From Candidatus Coprosoma sp. (GTDB lineage Bacteria; Bacillota_I; Bacilli_A; RF39; UBA660), in contig CAWVFK010000032.1 of assembly GCA_963928595.1 (NCBI GenBank), forward strand, positions 6,383 through 70,382: a DNA stretch of 64,000 nucleotides. Direction: 5' to 3'. The position numbers were made by a program, and so were the translations under genes. Each line of letters opens with the position of its first letter. Position 1 is the stretch's first letter. A model generated the notes under the pieces. It was not told the origin of the DNA and searched no databases. It worked only from the letters and a program-made list of their open reading frames with translations. Shown here piece by piece: positions 59,236 through 64,000 of the stretch.

Positions 59236-59325
59236 ACATTCTTTTTTATTAATTTTTCTTTACAAAAATTATAACATAAACTTGATTATTTTTGTCCATA
59301 ATATAAAAAGGAAAGCAGGGATATT

Positions 59326-60786
59326 ATGGAAAAAATTGAAAAGAACGCTAAAAAAGTCATTGAAAAAACAAAAAAACTATATGGTAATAGTCCCGATGTC
59401 AACACCAGACTTATAAATATCAAAGGGACAAATGTCGGAGTTCTATTTCTAGAAAGCTCCTCACAAGCAAGTACTGTCAGTGACTTTATTATCAAAGGAA
59501 CTTTGTATGCTGGTTCTAACAAAAACATTTTTCAAAATATATTTGAAAGTTTAAAAAATAGTTTATTTAATAGTCAATTATTTACCATAAAAGATTACAC
59601 ACAGTTCCCCTACTTCTTATCGAGTGGTTTTACTATTATTGTCGTCGATGGAATAGATGAAGCCATCATTATGGAAACTAGAGCCCAATTAGATAGAGGT
59701 GTGACCGAATCTACTAGTGAACCCATACTAAGAGGGGCCAAAGATAGTTTTACTGAAAGTCATTCCAAAAATCTCGGCTTAATTAGAAAGCGAATCAAAG
59801 ATCCCAATCTCTGGTTTGACGAAATGAAACTAGGTAGAAGAACTAAAACTAGAATCAGTATTGCTTTTATTAGCGGTGTAGCCGATCCTAAAAAACTTCA
59901 AGAAATAAAAAAGCGACTTAAAAAAATTGATATCGATGGCATTTTAGATAGTGGTAATATTAGAGATTATTTAGTTGAACAAAAATCTGTTTTTCCACAA
60001 GTTCAAAGTACAGAAAGGCCAGATGTTACAAGCCAAGCTTTACTATCCGGTAAAATTGTCATCTTTGTCGAAAACTGCCCTTTTACACTAATCTTACCAA
60101 ATGTCTTTATCGACTACCTTCACACCTCAGAAGATGAATATCAAAAATCTTCAAACATTACCTTCACTAGAATTTTAAGAATTCTTGCCCTAATTATAAC
60201 AATCTTTACACCTGCTATTTATATTGCCATAACCACATATGACCAAAACACCATACCAGATAAATTATTAATATCCCTTGCTATTCAAAGAGAAGGTGTT
60301 CCTTTTCCAACAACCTTTGAAATAATCTTACTTACCACCATCTTTGAAATTCTAAGAGAAAGTGATTTAAGAAGTCCAAGCAGTATGTCGGCCGCTATGA
60401 GTATTGTAGGAGCTTTAGTTCTAGGACAAGCCGCTGTAGATGCTGGAATTGTTTCACCTATCACTGTAATTGTCGTCGCCTTCACATCGATTTGTAGTTT
60501 AGTCTTTACTGACATCGACTTCATGAACGGTATTCGGTCTTGGCGTTTTATCTTTATCTTAGCTGCCAGTATCTTAGGTATTATCGGAATTCTTTCATTC
60601 ACTATCATCTGGCTAGTCAAACTATCATCTTTAGAAAATTTAGAAACAAGTTATCTATCACCTTTTGCTCCATTTTCTAAAAAAGACCAAAATAACGCTA
60701 TATATAAAGCACCCGAAGAAAAACTTATAAATAGACCAGACTACATCAGTACCCTTAATCCTCATAGACAAAGGAGGTCAAAATGA
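59326..60786 (+). CDS. spore germination protein, GerA-family A subunit
   Basis: 486 aa. Soluble N-domain plus 4-5 C-terminal TM segments, typical GerAA/GerKA organisation. AAAGGAAAGCAGGG RBS. Confidence 0.8.
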   Translation: MEKIEKNAKKVIEKTKKLYGNSPDVNTRLINIKGTNVGVLFLESSSQASTVSDFIIKGTLYAGSNKNIFQNIFESLKNSLFNSQLFTIKDYTQFPYFLSSGFTIIVVDGIDEAIIMETRAQLDRGVTESTSEPILRGAKDSFTESHSKNLGLIRKRIKDPNLWFDEMKLGRRTKTRISIAFISGVADPKKLQEIKKRLKKIDIDGILDSGNIRDYLVEQKSVFPQVQSTERPDVTSQALLSGKIVIFVENCPFTLILPNVFIDYLHTSEDEYQKSSNITFTRILRILALIITIFTPAIYIAITTYDQNTIPDKLLISLAIQREGVPFPTTFEIILLTTIFEILRESDLRSPSSMSAAMSIVGALVLGQAAVDAGIVSPITVIVVAFTSICSLVFTDIDFMNGIRSWRFIFILAASILGIIGILSFTIIWLVKLSSLENLETSYLSPFAPFSKKDQNNAIYKAPEEKLINRPDYISTLNPHRQRRSK

Positions 60787-61964
60787 AAAAGTTTACTATA
60801 ATCATAATCACCTTCATTATCACCATAACTTTAACCGGATGCGGTGGTTATGAAGAATTAAATAATCTATCCATTGTCACAGCCGTCGCTTTTGATAAGA
60901 CCGATGATGTATATGAATTGAGTTTTTTGATTGCTAATTCTCCCAAAGCTCAAACCTCAGCTAAAGAAGGTGAAGCTAAAACAACTGTCTACACCGGCAA
61001 AGGCAAAACAATTGCTGAAGCATCTAAAGACATCGAACAAATTGTTCCTAAACAAATTTATTTAGGTCATATTAATGTTGTCGTAATCTCAGAAGATATT
61101 GCAGAAGATGGCTTTTTAAAAATAGCCGATTGGTTACTCCGAAATCCCCAAACTAGAAAAAAATTCTACCTTCTTCAAGCCAAAGACGTCAGCGCTAAAA
61201 ACATTTTAAAAATTGTTTCACCATTAGAATCATTTCCTTCCCAAAGTATCGCTACTTTAATTGAATCAAACTCTGAAACAAAATCTATCGCCACATCCAT
61301 AACCTATAGTAATTTCATTGCTCAAATATTAGAAAAAGGTTATGACCCTGTCTTACCATCTATAACGATAAAGGGAGATGTCAAAGAAGGAAGTAATGAA
61401 AAAAACTTAGAAACAACCGAACCAGAATCATATCTTGTTTTAGGTCCGCTTGCTATCTACAAAGGCGACAAATTAGAAGGCTTTTCAAACGAAAAAGAAA
61501 GTTGGGCTATCAATGTTCTAAAAAATGAAGCCAAAGAAGTTAACTACAATGTCAAATATCAAAATCAAGATGTTAGTATTGAAACAAGTTCTTTAAAATC
61601 AGATATCAAAATAATCGATAAAAATAATATTGAAATAACTATTAGTGGTGTTGGTGATATATATAATATTAATAATCAAATTGACATTCAAAATTATAAA
61701 GAAATAAATAAGATTGAAAAAACATGGAGTAAATCATTAAAAAAAGATTTGTCCAAAGTTGTTAAAAAAGTTCAAAGCAAATATAAAGCCGATATTTTTG
61801 GCTTTGGAAATCTCATATATAAAAACGACCCTAAAACATGGGAAAAATTAGAAAAAGAATGGAACTCTAAATACTTTCCAAATTTAAATGTCAAAATAAA
61901 AACTAATCTAAAGATATCAGCTACTGGCTCTTTAGTAAAAACGATAAAGGAGGATAAATCATGA
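60783..61964 (+). CDS. spore germination lipoprotein, Ger(x)C family
   Basis: Lipobox LTGCGG. 393 aa. 4-nt overlaps with both flanking ger genes. Confidence 0.75.
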   Translation: MKKFTIIIITFIITITLTGCGGYEELNNLSIVTAVAFDKTDDVYELSFLIANSPKAQTSAKEGEAKTTVYTGKGKTIAEASKDIEQIVPKQIYLGHINVVVISEDIAEDGFLKIADWLLRNPQTRKKFYLLQAKDVSAKNILKIVSPLESFPSQSIATLIESNSETKSIATSITYSNFIAQILEKGYDPVLPSITIKGDVKEGSNEKNLETTEPESYLVLGPLAIYKGDKLEGFSNEKESWAINVLKNEAKEVNYNVKYQNQDVSIETSSLKSDIKIIDKNNIEITISGVGDIYNINNQIDIQNYKEINKIEKTWSKSLKKDLSKVVKKVQSKYKADIFGFGNLIYKNDPKTWEKLEKEWNSKYFPNLNVKIKTNLKISATGSLVKTIKEDKS

Positions 61965-63049
61965 AAAAAATAAATTCATTAGAATATAATACACTTCTAT
62001 GGTTTTTAACAAGAGCTACATTCATTGAAATAACCGCTGAAATATTATTAAACACCGCTCATCAAGATTCCTGGATTAGTATCCTTTTAGCCATCATCCT
62101 TGGACTTATTCCATTTTGCTTATTTTCTTATTTAAAAAACAAATATCCAGATCAGAATATTATCCAAATAAATAAAACAAAGTTGAGAAAATTTGGAACA
62201 TTCTTAAACTTAATTTTAATAGCTGGCACCTTAATATTTGCCATATGTAGTTTTTGGATAATTGTTAACTTCATTGACTCTCAATATCTTTACAGAACTC
62301 CAGTAATAATTATTATTATTGTTTTAATCCTGCCAGTTATTTATACAATCATTAAAGATTTTCATGTTTTTAGTAAAGTAAGCCTTATTATGTTTTTTAC
62401 TTCGCTTTTTTTCATAATTGTTATTTTATCCGGTTTAATAGGCAATATTGATTTTGATAACTTAAAGCCTATTCTTAATAATAGTCCAAATAACATTTTA
62501 TATGGAACTTTTTGTTTTATCGGTTTTAACATTCTACCAGTTTTTCTTTTAAATATTATCCCCAAAAAACAAATAAATGGCTATTCACCTAAAAAAAGTT
62601 TTATATTCTATTTAATTAGTGGACTCTCACTTTTAAATGTCATGTTTTTAACAATCAGCATCTTTGGAATTCATCTTTCCGAATTATATAATTATCCAAG
62701 TTTTCATCTTTTAAAACGCGTTAGTGTTTTAGATATTATCGACCGTGTTGAAAGTATTTTATCATTAGAATGGTTTCTAGCCTTGTTTGTTCAAATTATG
62801 ATGGCTCTTTACTTCATCAAAGATGCTCTAAAAGAAACATTCCAAGTCAAAGAAAAAACAAACAACATTATCATGACAGTTGTTTGTCTATTACTAGCCA
62901 TTTTAACCAATTTTATATTTACCACTCAAGGTACTGAAATAGCTTACTTTAAAAATATATTAATCTACATGCTTTATATAGTTTACTTTATTATTCCTTT
63001 AATAACTTTTTTCAAAAGTCTAAAAAAGTCCCAACCTTTGAACAACTAA
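61961..63049 (+). CDS. spore germination protein, GerA-family B subunit (APC-like permease)
   Basis: 362 aa, ~10 TM segments. Third gene of the ger operon. Confidence 0.75.
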   Translation: MKKINSLEYNTLLWFLTRATFIEITAEILLNTAHQDSWISILLAIILGLIPFCLFSYLKNKYPDQNIIQINKTKLRKFGTFLNLILIAGTLIFAICSFWIIVNFIDSQYLYRTPVIIIIIVLILPVIYTIIKDFHVFSKVSLIMFFTSLFFIIVILSGLIGNIDFDNLKPILNNSPNNILYGTFCFIGFNILPVFLLNIIPKKQINGYSPKKSFIFYLISGLSLLNVMFLTISIFGIHLSELYNYPSFHLLKRVSVLDIIDRVESILSLEWFLALFVQIMMALYFIKDALKETFQVKEKTNNIIMTVVCLLLAILTNFIFTTQGTEIAYFKNILIYMLYIVYFIIPLITFFKSLKKSQPLNN

Positions 63050-63841
63050 TATACCAACTACAGCAATAATTCCTAAAATAAGAATTGTAACAAATATTGT
63101 TTTAAATACTGAACCCTTTTTTTCTTCTTCCTCATATCCAACAAAATCTTTTTTCTTTAATTTTAAATTAGATGTAAAGAAAGAATTATCCATAGTCTGT
63201 TCTTTCTCTTTTTCTTTTTCATTCTTTTTATTCTCTTCAATCAATTCTTTTATATTATTTAAATTACCAACTTGTGTATCTTCATTATGACCTTTTAAAT
63301 CACTAAACATATCTGCTGCTAAATCAGCATCATCTAATTTATTAAGCATACTTGTATTAGTAATTGTCTGAATCATATCTTTTAAATCATCATCGTTATC
63401 ATAATAATCTTTTCTAGTAGCATTTCTCTTAAAATCCAAATTCTTAAGCACATCATAACTCGTTTTACTAAGCACCCTTTCTTTATCATCGGGTTCCTTT
63501 TTCTCTCTGGCCTTAGTTAAAACATCCATAATATCATAAGTTCGATCTTCCTCTTCCTTATAACGTGAACGAACTTTTGGTAATTTCTGCACACTATCCT
63601 CTTCATTAGTAAGTCTTCGGTATTTTCTTTCAGCTTGATATTTTTCTCTATTATCCAGCATCTGTTTAACTTTCGTAATATCTATCTGATTTGTATTGTC
63701 GATAGATGCAATTCCTTCGATATTACTATATTTACCATAAGAATATATACTATTATAAAGTCTTGTATTACGTTTAGTCCTAGAATTACCCTGAGCTTCT
63801 TTTTTGTAATACCTCTCCATTCTCGATGCCACCCGTACCAC
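63020..63841 (-). CDS. hypothetical tail-anchored charged protein
   Basis: 273 aa, highly charged (K/E/D/R). Single C-terminal TM segment (IFVTILILGIIAVVGILVV). Confidence 0.35.
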   Translation of the reverse strand: MVRVASRMERYYKKEAQGNSRTKRNTRLYNSIYSYGKYSNIEGIASIDNTNQIDITKVKQMLDNREKYQAERKYRRLTNEEDSVQKLPKVRSRYKEEEDRTYDIMDVLTKAREKKEPDDKERVLSKTSYDVLKNLDFKRNATRKDYYDNDDDLKDMIQTITNTSMLNKLDDADLAADMFSDLKGHNEDTQVGNLNNIKELIEENKKNEKEKEKEQTMDNSFFTSNLKLKKKDFVGYEEEEKKGSVFKTIFVTILILGIIAVVGILVVQRLGLF

Positions 63842-63938
63842 CTCTTATTATTAATAATACCATATTTTGTCGCATTTTAAAAGGTCAGCTATTGCTTTTT
63901 AAAAGATTTTTATTTATAATTTTTATGGAGGGATAAAA

Positions 63939-64000
63939 ATGGCAAAAGTAACAGTAGACAAAGATAAATGCATCGGCTGTGGTGCATGTACAGCTACTTG
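63939..64000 (+). CDS. 4Fe-4S ferredoxin, N-terminal fragment (continues beyond the window)
   Basis: GGAGGG RBS. MAKVTVDKDKCIGCGACTAT (CxxCxxC cluster motif). Confidence 0.6.
   Translation, partial: MAKVTVDKDKCIGCGACTAT

Noticed and set aside
59236-59325. Possible forespore-type (sigmaF/G) promoter (CATAATA -10-like element) upstream of the ger operon.
   Set aside because: A matching -35 at correct spacing could not be identified with confidence. Left unannotated.
1-64000. Search for tRNA, rRNA, tmRNA, SRP RNA and CRISPR arrays in intergenic regions (e.g. 11710-12144, 19051-19278, 38195-38454, 39029-39229, 48247-48415).
   Set aside because: No cloverleaf-compatible sequences and no repeat-spacer arrays were found. 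The intergenic regions are AT-rich promoter/terminator DNA or decayed gene remnants.

Overview
This is a very AT-rich (under 30% GC by eye), gene-dense chromosomal segment from a spore-forming low-GC Firmicute (Clostridia/Erysipelotrichia-like). About 90% of the genes lie on the minus strand.

The backbone is housekeeping:
- yqeH-yqeG at the left edge
- dacA-like PBP
- rpsP-KH
- miaB...cotE, RNase J
- sufC-D-S
- ffh
- uppP, tex, dinB
- miaA-queA-ruvBA, fmt-priA
- tig, mraY
- infC-rpmI-rplT
- rimP-nusA-ylxR-infB-rbfA
- argG-argH
- rlmD-like methyltransferase
- a gerA-type germinant receptor operon (A-C-B) at the right edge

Several non-standard elements are embedded in it:
- a T-box leader with an apparent Arg (AGA) specifier in front of argG-argH, while argH carries an in-frame TAA at the conserved Gln of the SRNDQ motif
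- ribosomal protein bL20 fused to a Lys-rich linker and a Rho_N/HeH-like C-terminal domain
- a plus-strand 4-gene membrane module: CPBP protease, membrane metallophosphoesterase and two tandem HExxH-motif paralogs
- an operon coupling a GNAT, an ADP-ribosylglycohydrolase::alpha/beta-hydrolase fusion and an ASCH protein
- two secreted proteins with a shared SipW-cognate-like N-terminus, one clearly TasA/camelysin-like
- two ComGC-like prepilins plus a small polytopic membrane protein, apparently appended to the rpsP-KH operon
- a duplicated ffh 3' end flanking a decayed rhuM gene (integration scar)
- Rpn/YhgA-like PD-(D/E)XK nuclease genes, one intact with a (GLEQ)5 tandem repeat and one N-terminally truncated
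- a dinJ-yafQ toxin-antitoxin pair with phased operator-like repeats
- an RNase J whose metal-ligand motifs are degenerate

No rRNA, tRNA or CRISPR arrays were found.
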